Of a stretch of 64,000 nucleotides of DNA, positions 38,003-46,807 are shown piece after piece. The DNA comes from an uncultured bacterium. GTDB taxonomy: Bacteria > CSSED10-310 > CAZUFC01. The notes under the pieces were generated by a model, which was not told the DNA's origin, did no database searches, and saw only the letters and a program-made list of their open reading frames with translations. The stretch lies in assembly GCA_964619725.1 (NCBI GenBank), contig CAZUFC010000016.1, forward strand, positions 1 through 64,000, written 5' to 3'. Made by a program: the position numbers and the translations under genes. The stretch's first letter is position 1. Each line of letters starts with the position of its first letter.

Positions 38003-38956
38003 TCAAGGTCCGTAACTGAAATCGATGACTTCCAGGTTACTGATGAAATTAAAATTTCCGGGGGCCGTTAAAACAGAATAGAAATAGAGCCCGGTCAGAC
38101 TGTCCTGGACGTCAGGCCACTGGAAAGGTCCCAATACGTCGAATGACGTCATTCCGATTCCTAAATTCCTTCTCTCGAATTCCAGCATTTCAGTCCATCC
38201 GGGATACCAGAAATATAATCCCACTACTTCCAGGACGCAGTAATAATCAGATTCTACCGGGTAGGGGTTATCATTCATAACTTCCGCAAAAAGATGGAAT
38301 TCATCGCCGGGTTGAAGCTGAGAATCGGTGAGCGTCAAATCCAGAGTCATGTTTTCAAAGGTTCCTGTCGGGGTTGAAGTCGGTTGAGGAGTATTTTCCG
38401 ACGTGGGAACAGGGGTTGGAGTGGGTGATCCCCCGCCCAGCAAATCCTCGACTATGGCGACCATCGTGTCCATGTCATCCTCAGTATAACCGGAATGCTT
38501 GTATTGAATGACCATATCCTGGTCGATAATGAAATTAGACGGATAAATCGGTACGACGTAACTGTTTTCAACCTCTTCGGTACCCTGCAAAATCGGAAAC
38601 GTTAAACCGAAGTCCCTGGCCCAATCCTGCAAATCATCGACCGTCGGAGGGTCCCCGCTTGCGTTTTCCATCAGTATCGTAAAAACCATTACTCCCTGGT
38701 CCTTGTAAGGAATCCATATTCTCGACTCAAGCTCCGGCGCCTCCTGCTGACATGGGCCGCACCTGACGGTTGAAAAGTCTATCACAATGACGTCTCCCCA
38801 GTAATCATAGAGCGTGTAAAAGGACTCGTCATTCCCCAGCAATGTAAAATCAGTCGCCGTATCGCCGACGTTCAGAGCGCTGCAAACCGTCAGACCGCTT
38901 AATAAAACGACAGCAAACATTACTACGCCCCGCAGGCATGTTTTTCTATGAAACAT
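38003..38956 (-). CDS. Exported TlpA/redoxin-family thiol oxidoreductase (CGPC) with a Pro/Thr linker and C-terminal beta-rich domain
   Basis: Signal peptide; 'VGDTATDFTL', 'DFSTVRCGPCQQEAPEL', cis-Pro-type 'YPSNFIIDQD'. Confidence 0.85.
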   Translation of the reverse strand: MFHRKTCLRGVVMFAVVLLSGLTVCSALNVGDTATDFTLLGNDESFYTLYDYWGDVIVIDFSTVRCGPCQQEAPELESRIWIPYKDQGVMVFTILMENASGDPPTVDDLQDWARDFGLTFPILQGTEEVENSYVVPIYPSNFIIDQDMVIQYKHSGYTEDDMDTMVAIVEDLLGGGSPTPTPVPTSENTPQPTSTPTGTFENMTLDLTLTDSQLQPGDEFHLFAEVMNDNPYPVESDYYCVLEVVGLYFWYPGWTEMLEFERRNLGIGMTSFDVLGPFQWPDVQDSLTGLYFYSVLTAPGNFNFISNLEVIDFSYGP

Positions 38957-39045
38957 CTCTTCTATTTCCTCCCTTTATAGTTTTATCCTGGAATTTCTGG
39001 AGATAGTCCCGCTATTCGTAAATGAAGTTCATTCCTTTCCCTGTA

Positions 39046-40014
39046 TCAATACCCGTATCCGAACTGAATAACCGAAACGTCATCCAGAAATTCGAACGTT
39101 CCCTGCTCGGTTACAGCCCCATAAAAAAACAGGCCGTTAAGTCGATCCTGAACATCGGGCCAGGTGAATTGAAGAATGTCGAGAGTTCCCGTACCCATGA
39201 CGAAAGTCGTCAGCTCATGAGATATTTCCTGAGTCCATTGGGGATGCCAGAAATAAGCTCCCAGAACGTCCAATACGACATAAACGTCGGCCTGGAACAA
39301 TTCCAGCGGATTGTAATATTCTGCCGTAAGATCGAAATAATCACCCGGTTCCAGGAAATCGTCCGTCAACTGTAATGTGAAATTAAACTCATCGGCCGAA
39401 GATGTAGGCGTTATCGTCGGCGTCTCCGTCGGAGGAGGAGTATGCGGCGGGGTGGGCGTCGGCGTATATGAAGGGACAGGCGTCGGGGTTTCCTCACCCA
39501 GCAGGTCCTCAATAAAATCGATTACGGGTTGCCAGTTCTGAGGCAATCCTACTATTTTCCAGGCGATGATCATTTGCTGATCAATAATGAAATTCGTCGG
39601 GTAGGCCGGTATACCGTAAGTGATGCCCACCAGGTCCGCGGCCTGAAGGACGGGAAAGGTCACTCCGCCCATATCAGCCCAGGTCTGAAGGTCTCCGAGA
39701 GACGGCTGATTGCCCTGCGCATTCTTTAACAAAATACAAAAAACCTGTACGCCCTGATCTTTGAATCTCTGCCAAATTTCTGCCTCCAACTGAGGCATTT
39801 CCTGACGGCAGTATCCTCAGTTCCAGGTCGCGAAATTGATGAAAACTACATCACCCGTGTAATCATATAATGTATAATATGACCCGTCATGTCCCAGCAG
39901 AGTGAAATCCGCGGCAGTATCGCCTTCATCCAATCCTGCTGAAACCCCGCAAACCGTCACCAGGGCAAAAAATACCCACAACAAAATCATTCCCTTGATT
40001 TTTAAATTACTCAT
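39046..40014 (-). CDS. Putative selenoprotein: exported TlpA/redoxin-family oxidoreductase with a UGYC motif (in-frame UGA at 39817-39819)
   Basis: ORFs 39817-40014 and 39046-39798 share one frame, joined by TGA GGA TAC TGC CGT CAG GAA ATG. The TGA aligns with the first Cys of CGPC in the adjacent paralog. Read-through gives 322 aa, versus 317 aa for the paralog. Confidence 0.82.
39781..39797 (-). promoter_or_regulatory. Candidate bacterial SECIS hairpin
   Basis: Minus strand TGCCTC-AGTTG-GAGGCA. The loop begins 25 nt after the UGA and has G at loop position 2, as in the general bacterial SECIS model. Confidence 0.6.
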
Positions 40015-40247
40015 TTACACTTTCCCTTCATGGTTTTTCATTTCTGTTCTTCCTTAAAGGAAATTCAACCCTCATATAAATTATTGCATTATCCCATGAA
40101 AGTCAAATCTCAAACGGATTTCCGCACATCCGAAGCCTTATTTTGCTGCTGCAGCAGCGTTGCTCGCGCCGATGCAACACTCCTGCGAATCATTATGCGC
40201 CGTCACGAAAGCTTCAAAAACATGCGGCGCTTTGCTGACAGCCCCGT

Positions 40248-41816
40248 TCACCGTTCAGTCTTTCGTCTTAAATAGTCTTCAACGACTTGTATAACCTGGT
40301 CCGCCTCCATGTCCTGGAACATCTCATGCCCCGTTTGCTTGAACCACACCAGCTCCTTGTCCTCAGAGCCGATTTTTTCCCAAATTTCCTGAGCTGCCTT
40401 CGGATCGACCACATTGTCCTTGTGGGACTGCAGAATAAGCACGGGAACTTTTATTTCGGGCAGCAGCTTCTCTATTTTGCCTGTGTATTCATAAAGCGAA
40501 GCAAATGCGTCGATAGGAAACTTCTCGTAATTCCTGTTGTTGACGGACAACTCCTTACTGTTGAAAGAATTAGGCGAACTCCAGTACTTGACGAATTTTT
40601 TCATGACAGGAACAATCCTGGTCAGGGGATTCTTGAATCGAAGGGCCGGAGCCGCCAGGACCGTACCCGCTGTCTTGTCGGGATACTTTGCCGCCAACTC
40701 CAGTGCGACCAGTCCCCCCATAGACAAACCCACCACAAATACCGAATCATGCTTTCTTAAAAGTCGCTTCATGGCCGCTTCCGCATCCTCATACCAATCC
40801 TGATGCGTTACACCCTCCAGGTCCTGATAACGAGTTCCATGTCCTCGTAACAGGGGCATCAAAAAATCAAATCCGTTTTGAGTCAGCATGGGAGCCAGAC
40901 CGTCAACCGTTTTCAAACTGGAAGTAAAACCATGCAGTACCAGTACTCCAGGCATCTTGTTATCTCCTCCCTTCCGTTCTATCTCTTTCGTCGGTCCCCA
41001 CGGCGGATCATCCAGGGGCACGCTTATGGGAATATAATTGCGGGAATGGTCTACAAGGCTGGATATGGATTTCATTATCCTCTTCGTCGCGCTTTTCAAT
41101 TTACGCTTGTCTATCTTCCCGACGGAATCATATAAATCGGAAAATTCTATGGGATTGCCGAATCTCACCGTAATCGGTATCGGCTTTATTAACGGAAATT
41201 TCTCCATTCGCGGATAATATTCCGGCGGAAATGACTTGCCGGCTCCCGATATCCCTACTGGATATACAGGCGCCCTGGCCTCAATCGCTAATCTTACCGC
41301 ACCGGTCTTCCCCGGTAATAATCCCGTATCATACTCAACGGCCGAACGCGGAACATCCTCTTCTCCGGGTATCGTCCCCTCAGGAAAAATCGCCACTGCA
41401 TCTCCACCCTTTAATGCCTCCCCTATAAGACGCATTCCCTCAGGATCGCCCCCTCTCCGAATGCGCAAACTGTCGAACAGCTCCAATACATGCCGTAAAA
41501 CAGAAAATTGATACAGCATGTCCTTCGTGATAAACCTCAATCTTCTCGGAGACACCGCTCCCAGTATCTGCGCGTCAAACCAGCTCTGATGATTGGACGC
41601 CAGTATAAAACCCCCCTCCTTCGGAATTACTTCTGAATTTACCACCTCTATTTGATGATATACGTTGAAATAACTGCCCAGCATCGTTTTCGCTGTATTG
41701 GACAGCAGCCCCTTGACCGTCTCATATAATCCCAGTCGCTTCAATAAGTTGAGCTCCGCTTCAAGAAACATATCTATCGGCCGCGTCATCCTGTTCAGCA
41801 TTTCGTAACGTTCCAT
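40248..41816 (-). CDS. Fusion of a PlsC-type acyltransferase and an alpha/beta-hydrolase (carboxylesterase/lysophospholipase-like)
   Basis: N-half NHQSWFD (HX4D) and FPEGT; C-half LHGF, GLSMG nucleophile elbow, 'DNVV' Asp, 'GHEM' His. Confidence 0.85.
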   Translation of the reverse strand: MERYEMLNRMTRPIDMFLEAELNLLKRLGLYETVKGLLSNTAKTMLGSYFNVYHQIEVVNSEVIPKEGGFILASNHQSWFDAQILGAVSPRRLRFITKDMLYQFSVLRHVLELFDSLRIRRGGDPEGMRLIGEALKGGDAVAIFPEGTIPGEEDVPRSAVEYDTGLLPGKTGAVRLAIEARAPVYPVGISGAGKSFPPEYYPRMEKFPLIKPIPITVRFGNPIEFSDLYDSVGKIDKRKLKSATKRIMKSISSLVDHSRNYIPISVPLDDPPWGPTKEIERKGGDNKMPGVLVLHGFTSSLKTVDGLAPMLTQNGFDFLMPLLRGHGTRYQDLEGVTHQDWYEDAEAAMKRLLRKHDSVFVVGLSMGGLVALELAAKYPDKTAGTVLAAPALRFKNPLTRIVPVMKKFVKYWSSPNSFNSKELSVNNRNYEKFPIDAFASLYEYTGKIEKLLPEIKVPVLILQSHKDNVVDPKAAQEIWEKIGSEDKELVWFKQTGHEMFQDMEADQVIQVVEDYLRRKTER

Positions 41817-41906
41817 AGTTTTTCCTCCTTACTTCCTTACAACGCGCTGCGTCATTATACCGGAACTGACGGTTGAGTCAACGGAAATTTGAATTGGAAG
41901 ACAGCG

Positions 41907-41962
41907 ACGTCAAAATGACGCGATTCATATTCTTGAAGACTCATGATGCGCCATATTGACGC
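41907..41962. promoter_or_regulatory. Paired palindromic enhancer-like sites (GCGTCA-N3-TGACGC)
   Basis: ACGTCAAAATGACGC (41907-41921) and GCGCCATATTGACGC (41948-41962), 41 bp apart, as upstream of degQ. Confidence 0.65.
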
Positions 41963-42071
41963 CTTGCATACAATCAACTTTTTCCACATAAATCGTTTCT
42001 TTCAACGTCTAAACGTCGTAATCCTTTAAAATCGGGCGGTTGAGCAAAATGAATTCTGATTTTTCACAGGT

Positions 42072-42087
42072 AGGTACGGGTTTTGCC
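42072..42087 (+). promoter_or_regulatory. Sigma54 promoter of the foldase/Bat operon
   Basis: AGGTACGGGTTTTGCC = GG-N10-GC, about 120 nt upstream of ATG 42208. Confidence 0.6.
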
Positions 42088-42207
42088 TTTGTTTATGCGG
42101 TTCGCATTTAAGGCGACGGAAGCAAGTGAAAAGTGACGTCGTTTGGGAGATCGACGGCTATGTCAATTCGGGAAATTTCAACATTAACAAGAGAGGAAGG
42201 AGACCTC

Positions 42208-43560
42208 ATGAAAGCAAAATCGGCATTATTCATTATCTTACTGGCGCTCGTGATATCGGGGACGTTTTCATTCAGTTCAGATGCTGTTCTGGCTGAAGAG
42301 GGGAATGAGCCTGTGGCGAAGATAGGCGAAGAGACGATCACAGTATCCGATCTGGAGGCAAAGATTGAAGAAATCCCATCTTATGCGCGTAAGAATTTTT
42401 TGAAGAAGGAAGGCAAGCAAAAAATTCTTGAAAACATGATAAAGGGGAAACTTTTGTATAAGGCGGCAGTGGATGCGGGATATATGGAGAAGCCGGATAT
42501 AAAGGAAAAAATCCGAGAAGCGCAGGAAAAGATACTTCAGACGGAATATTTCAAGAATGAGGTAAAGGACAATCTGGGCGTAGAGGAAGAACGTCTGAGG
42601 GAATACTATGAAGAACACAAGGATGAATATTCGACGGCGGCACGCATGAAGGCGGCCCAGATTCTCGTAGACAGCGAGGAGAAGGCCCGGGATATACTGA
42701 AGCAGCTAAAGGACGGCAAGGATTTCAGCGAGCTGGCGCAGCAGGAATCTCTGGATTTAAGTTCTGCAAGGCAGGGCGGTCAGCTAGGATATATCAAGGC
42801 GGGCGGATACATAAGAGGACTGGGCAAGTCTGAGGAATTTGAAGAAGCGGCCTTTTCATTGAAGGAGGGCGAGGTCTCCGAACCCGTGAAGACGAGCAAA
42901 GGCTGGCATATCATAAAATGCATCGAGAAGGAGCCTGCTTCTCAAAAACCTTTCGACGAAGTTAAACGTGATATCGCAGGTGAAGTAATGGTAACGGATA
43001 AAGAAATAAGAAAGGCTTATGAAGAGAACCGTGAGGAATACAAATCACGTGCCCGCGTAAAAGCCAGGCACATAGTGTTGTCAACCAAAGAAGAAGCTGA
43101 AGCCGTACGTCAACAACTTCAGGAAGGCGCTGATTTCGAAAAATTAGCGGAAGAAAAATCGGAAGACAAGGCCTCAGCATCAAAGGGCGGAGATATCGGA
43201 TATATTTATGAAGACGGCTACATTAGGGGCGTCGGTAAAGATAAAGCATTTGAAGAAGCGGCTTTCAGCCTTGAAGAGGGCGAGATAAGCGAGCCCGTTG
43301 AGACCAAGAAGGGGTGGCACATCATCACGATCACTCAAAAAACTCCTTCACAATACAAGAATTTCGACGAAGTCAAGAATCAGATCAGAGACAAAATGTT
43401 GCGGGAATACAAGGAGAAGTCTCTTGACCGTAATTTCGAGAATTTAAAGGAAAAATACAACGTGCAGGTGTTCGAGGAAAACATCCAGGATTCGCCTGAT
43501 CTGGAAACGATGGAGGAAGAACCAGAAAGCAGAATAAATCCTCTGGATATTCCTGAATGA
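42208..43560 (+). CDS. Periplasmic PrsA/SurA-like foldase with two PpiC (parvulin) domains
   Basis: Signal peptide; duplicated 'F..LA...S.D..SA..GG..G.I...FEEAAFSL.EGE.SEPV.T.KGWHII' domains; AAGGAG RBS. Confidence 0.9.
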   Translation: MKAKSALFIILLALVISGTFSFSSDAVLAEEGNEPVAKIGEETITVSDLEAKIEEIPSYARKNFLKKEGKQKILENMIKGKLLYKAAVDAGYMEKPDIKEKIREAQEKILQTEYFKNEVKDNLGVEEERLREYYEEHKDEYSTAARMKAAQILVDSEEKARDILKQLKDGKDFSELAQQESLDLSSARQGGQLGYIKAGGYIRGLGKSEEFEEAAFSLKEGEVSEPVKTSKGWHIIKCIEKEPASQKPFDEVKRDIAGEVMVTDKEIRKAYEENREEYKSRARVKARHIVLSTKEEAEAVRQQLQEGADFEKLAEEKSEDKASASKGGDIGYIYEDGYIRGVGKDKAFEEAAFSLEEGEISEPVETKKGWHIITITQKTPSQYKNFDEVKNQIRDKMLREYKEKSLDRNFENLKEKYNVQVFEENIQDSPDLETMEEEPESRINPLDIPE

Positions 43561-43578
43561 TGAGATAAGGAAACGGCG

Positions 43579-43611
43579 GCTGCGGCAGGCGCTTCCGCCG
43601 ACTGCCGCAGC
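43579..43611 (+). terminator. GC-rich stem-loop after the foldase gene (partial terminator or mRNA stabiliser)
   Basis: GCTGCGGCAG...CTGCCGCAGC perfect 10-bp stem followed by a weak T-tract. Confidence 0.4.
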
Positions 43612-43708
43612 AGCGTTTTCTGAAGAGTCCGCAGGATTTTACAAGCAGAAGCCGGTAATTTATCGGCTAAGATCGAGTTGATCATATATCATCGCCGGAA
43701 GCATCAGA

Positions 43709-44764
43709 ATGAATAGAAACACAATTTCGAAATATTCATCAAAAGAACGCGGACGCAATTGCGGCTTAACTTCGGAATGCAACCGTCTTTCGTTAATGCT
43801 GACTTTACTGACCGCAGCGGTTTGCCTGTGTATTTGTAATTTGCTTCCAGGTTTAACCGCGGCAGAAGAAACCGGCATCGCGGAGGAGGTAAAGTTATCG
43901 GCATCAGTTGATTCGTTTAAGGCGCCGTTGAACAGGGACGTTGAATTATCGATTGAGCTTCAATGGACGGGCGAGATGGGCGATTTTGAATTTGAGGAGC
44001 CTGATTTTGAACACAGAGACGGTTTTCACGTCCGCTCCGTATCATCTGCGAATCAGCGACAGTCATACGGCGACAGCTTCAAAGTATTGAAGAAATATTT
44101 ATTCAAGTTACGAGCGGAAGATACGGGAAAGCTGGAAATACCTCCGGTAAAAATCCGCTACAGGCCTTTGCAGTCCGGGGCATCTGAGGAAGACCTTTCA
44201 TTTCGGGAAGAGGCAAGGATTCTAAGCACTTCGCCTATCCTGGTCGACATAGGATCGCCGATTATTTCAGAGAACTTGCAATTATCCAGGAGTCTGGTTG
44301 TTTTCGTCTGCATCGTCATAGTGCTGGTAATCGGCGGAATAATTTTTATCAAGCTGAAGACTCGCCGTACAGGTGAAAAACTGGAAGAAATGATGGAGGA
44401 AGATGCCCTGACGCGAGGTTTAAATTCGATAAAAGAAGCGGACCAGCTCAGGTACAGAGGCGAATTCAAGCAACTGGCGCTTAAATTCGAGGAGATACTG
44501 ACAGGCTTTATAACGGAAATGGGAATTGAAGTATCGGGAAACGACATTGAAGCGTCAATGGAAAAGTTGGAAAGAGAGGGAATAACCGAGGAATCGCTCA
44601 AGGGAATTGAGTGCACGCTCAAGCTGGCGAACCTGGTGAAGTTCGCCGGTCATGTTCCCAGCCCGGAAGAGCTGTCGGAAGCCGCCCGGGATGTGGAGAG
44701 CACACTCAGAAAATGGCCGATACCAGGCGTTGAGGAGCAAACAAAGAAAATCTCAAAATCTTGA
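43709..44764 (+). CDS. BatD-like beta-sandwich membrane protein
   Basis: Signal-like hydrophobic segment, 'LSASVD', 'GKLEIPPVKIRY', one TM helix, C-terminal 'LVKFA'. The exact start is uncertain. Confidence 0.65.
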   Translation: MNRNTISKYSSKERGRNCGLTSECNRLSLMLTLLTAAVCLCICNLLPGLTAAEETGIAEEVKLSASVDSFKAPLNRDVELSIELQWTGEMGDFEFEEPDFEHRDGFHVRSVSSANQRQSYGDSFKVLKKYLFKLRAEDTGKLEIPPVKIRYRPLQSGASEEDLSFREEARILSTSPILVDIGSPIISENLQLSRSLVVFVCIVIVLVIGGIIFIKLKTRRTGEKLEEMMEEDALTRGLNSIKEADQLRYRGEFKQLALKFEEILTGFITEMGIEVSGNDIEASMEKLEREGITEESLKGIECTLKLANLVKFAGHVPSPEELSEAARDVESTLRKWPIPGVEEQTKKISKS

Positions 44765-44776
44765 GAGGGAATTGAA

Positions 44777-45769
44777 ATGCATCAAGAAGAAATACGAAAA
44801 CTTCACGAACTAATAAACGAAAAATCGGAATTCGTAGAGACTATTTTCGATCAGATACGTCAAGTCATCGTCGGTCAGAAATATTTAATCGAACGACTTC
44901 TAATTGGTCTTCTGGGAGACGGCCATATACTGATAGAAGGAGTTCCGGGACTGGCGAAAACGCTATCGGTAAAAACTCTATCGGATTCCATATCCGGCAA
45001 ATTCCAAAGAATTCAGTTTACTCCGGACATGTTGCCCGCCGACCTGATAGGCACCATGATTTATAATCAACGCGAAGGAACTTTCGTTGCGAAAAAGGGT
45101 CCATTGTTCACCAATCTTGTTCTGGCTGATGAGATCAACAGGGCTCCGGCGAAAGTCCAAAGTGCGCTGCTGGAAGCGATGCAGGAGCGTCAGGTGACCA
45201 TAGGAGAAACGACCTATCCTTTGGAAAAGCCGTTTTTGGTGTTGGCGACGCAGAATCCCATCGAACAGGAGGGAACGTATCCTCTGCCTGAAGCGCAGGT
45301 GGACCGTTTCATGTTGAAGCTGAACGTAACTTATCCGAGCAAGGAAGAAGAGAGAGCCATTCTGGACAGAATGACGGGTATGGAAGAGCCGAAGGTGGAC
45401 AGCGTGATAACGCCGCAGCAGATTGTGGAATCCCGGAAAATAGTGAACCAGGTTTATGTGGATGAACGGATAAAAAATTATGTCGTGGATTTGGTTTTCG
45501 CTACCAGGTATCCCAAAGATTACGGTCTTGAGGAACTGCAGGACCTTATCCGGTACGGAGCCTCACCCCGTGCGACGATTTATCTGACGACGGCCGCCAG
45601 GGCCCATGCTTTCATCCGCCGGCGAGGCTATGTTACGCCGGAGGATGTGAAAGCAATCAGCCTGGATGTTTTACGGCATCGGATCATTTTAACGTATGAG
45701 GCTGAAGCGGAAGAGAGAAGCGCCGAGGATGTCGTCGGCCAGATACTGGATACGGTGGAGGTCCCGTAG
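44777..45769 (+). CDS. moxR: MoxR-family AAA+ ATPase
   Basis: EGVPGLAKT, RIQFTPD, DEINRAPAKVQSALLEAM, ATQNPIEQEGTYPLPEAQ.DRF motifs. Confidence 0.95.
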   Translation: MHQEEIRKLHELINEKSEFVETIFDQIRQVIVGQKYLIERLLIGLLGDGHILIEGVPGLAKTLSVKTLSDSISGKFQRIQFTPDMLPADLIGTMIYNQREGTFVAKKGPLFTNLVLADEINRAPAKVQSALLEAMQERQVTIGETTYPLEKPFLVLATQNPIEQEGTYPLPEAQVDRFMLKLNVTYPSKEEERAILDRMTGMEEPKVDSVITPQQIVESRKIVNQVYVDERIKNYVVDLVFATRYPKDYGLEELQDLIRYGASPRATIYLTTAARAHAFIRRRGYVTPEDVKAISLDVLRHRIILTYEAEAEERSAEDVVGQILDTVEVP

Positions 45770-45858
45770 GGCATAATTCATGCCGGAATATATCCGAGAT
45801 ACATGGGATTGAGCGGCTATTCAGAGTATGAAGTTTCATTATTTGGAAATATCGGATC

Positions 45859-46743
45859 ATGATACCCAAGGAATTGCTGAAAAAAATCAGGCGCATTGAG
45901 ATTTATACCAACCGTATGGTCAATGAGGTCATTGCAGGTCAATATCAGAGCGTGTTCAAGGGCCGCGGAATGGAGTTCGACGAAGTCAGAGAATACAGAC
46001 CAGGCGACGACATAAGAACGATCGACTGGAATGTTACGGCCCGCATGGGAAGCCCTTACGTCAAAAAATACGTTGAAGAGCGTGAACTTACCGTCATGCT
46101 GCTTGTGGACGTCAGCTCATCAGGCTCCTTCGGCTCGTTCAATCAAATGAAAGGCGAACTCGCCGCAGAAATCTGCGCTTTACTCGCCTTCTCCGCGATT
46201 AAAAATAATGATCGCGTCGGCCTGCTCGCCTTTACCGACCAGGTTGAAAAATATATTCCCCCCAAAAGCGGATCAGAACATGTGCTTCAGATCGTCAGAG
46301 AAATACTCTATTTCAAACCTAAAAGGACGGAAACCGACATCGCCGGCGCGCTTGATTACCTGAACAGAATTCAAACGAAAAAAGCAGTTGTTTTTCTTGT
46401 ATCAGACTTTCTTTCCGGAGAATATGAAAAACCGTTGAGAATCGCCAATAAAAAACACGACGTCATAGCGATATCCGTTTCAGACCCCAGAGAAATAAGC
46501 TTGCCGCCCATAGGCATTCTGGAACTTGAAGATGCCGAAACTGGCGACATCCTGGTCGTTGATACGTATGACTCCCAGTTACTGGATCAGTTCTCTGCCA
46601 CATCAGAGGAAAACAGAAACAGCCGCACGGAAATGTTCAAAAAAATGGGTATCGATCACATAGAAATCTTTACCGATAAACCCTACCTTAAACCGCTGGT
46701 TCTCTTTTTCAGGGAACGGGCCAGGAGATTAAGGGCGCTGTAA
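45859..46743 (+). CDS. DUF58 domain protein
   Basis: 'KGRGMEFDEVREYRPGDDIRTIDWNVTAR', DVSSS, 'SDF'; follows moxR. Confidence 0.92.
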   Translation: MIPKELLKKIRRIEIYTNRMVNEVIAGQYQSVFKGRGMEFDEVREYRPGDDIRTIDWNVTARMGSPYVKKYVEERELTVMLLVDVSSSGSFGSFNQMKGELAAEICALLAFSAIKNNDRVGLLAFTDQVEKYIPPKSGSEHVLQIVREILYFKPKRTETDIAGALDYLNRIQTKKAVVFLVSDFLSGEYEKPLRIANKKHDVIAISVSDPREISLPPIGILELEDAETGDILVVDTYDSQLLDQFSATSEENRNSRTEMFKKMGIDHIEIFTDKPYLKPLVLFFRERARRLRAL

Positions 46744-46807
46744 GCTGGAGGATTATGGTCGATTATGCATTGTCTTTCGTTCAATTTATTATTCTGGAGA
46801 ATCTAAA

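Noticed and set aside
39817-39819. Genome-wide UGA reassignment (code 4/25), or a pseudogene
   Set aside because: Many genes here end in TGA at their expected C-termini, and no other gene shows an in-frame TGA. The position on the catalytic Cys and the downstream hairpin favour Sec, although a nonsense mutation cannot be fully excluded.
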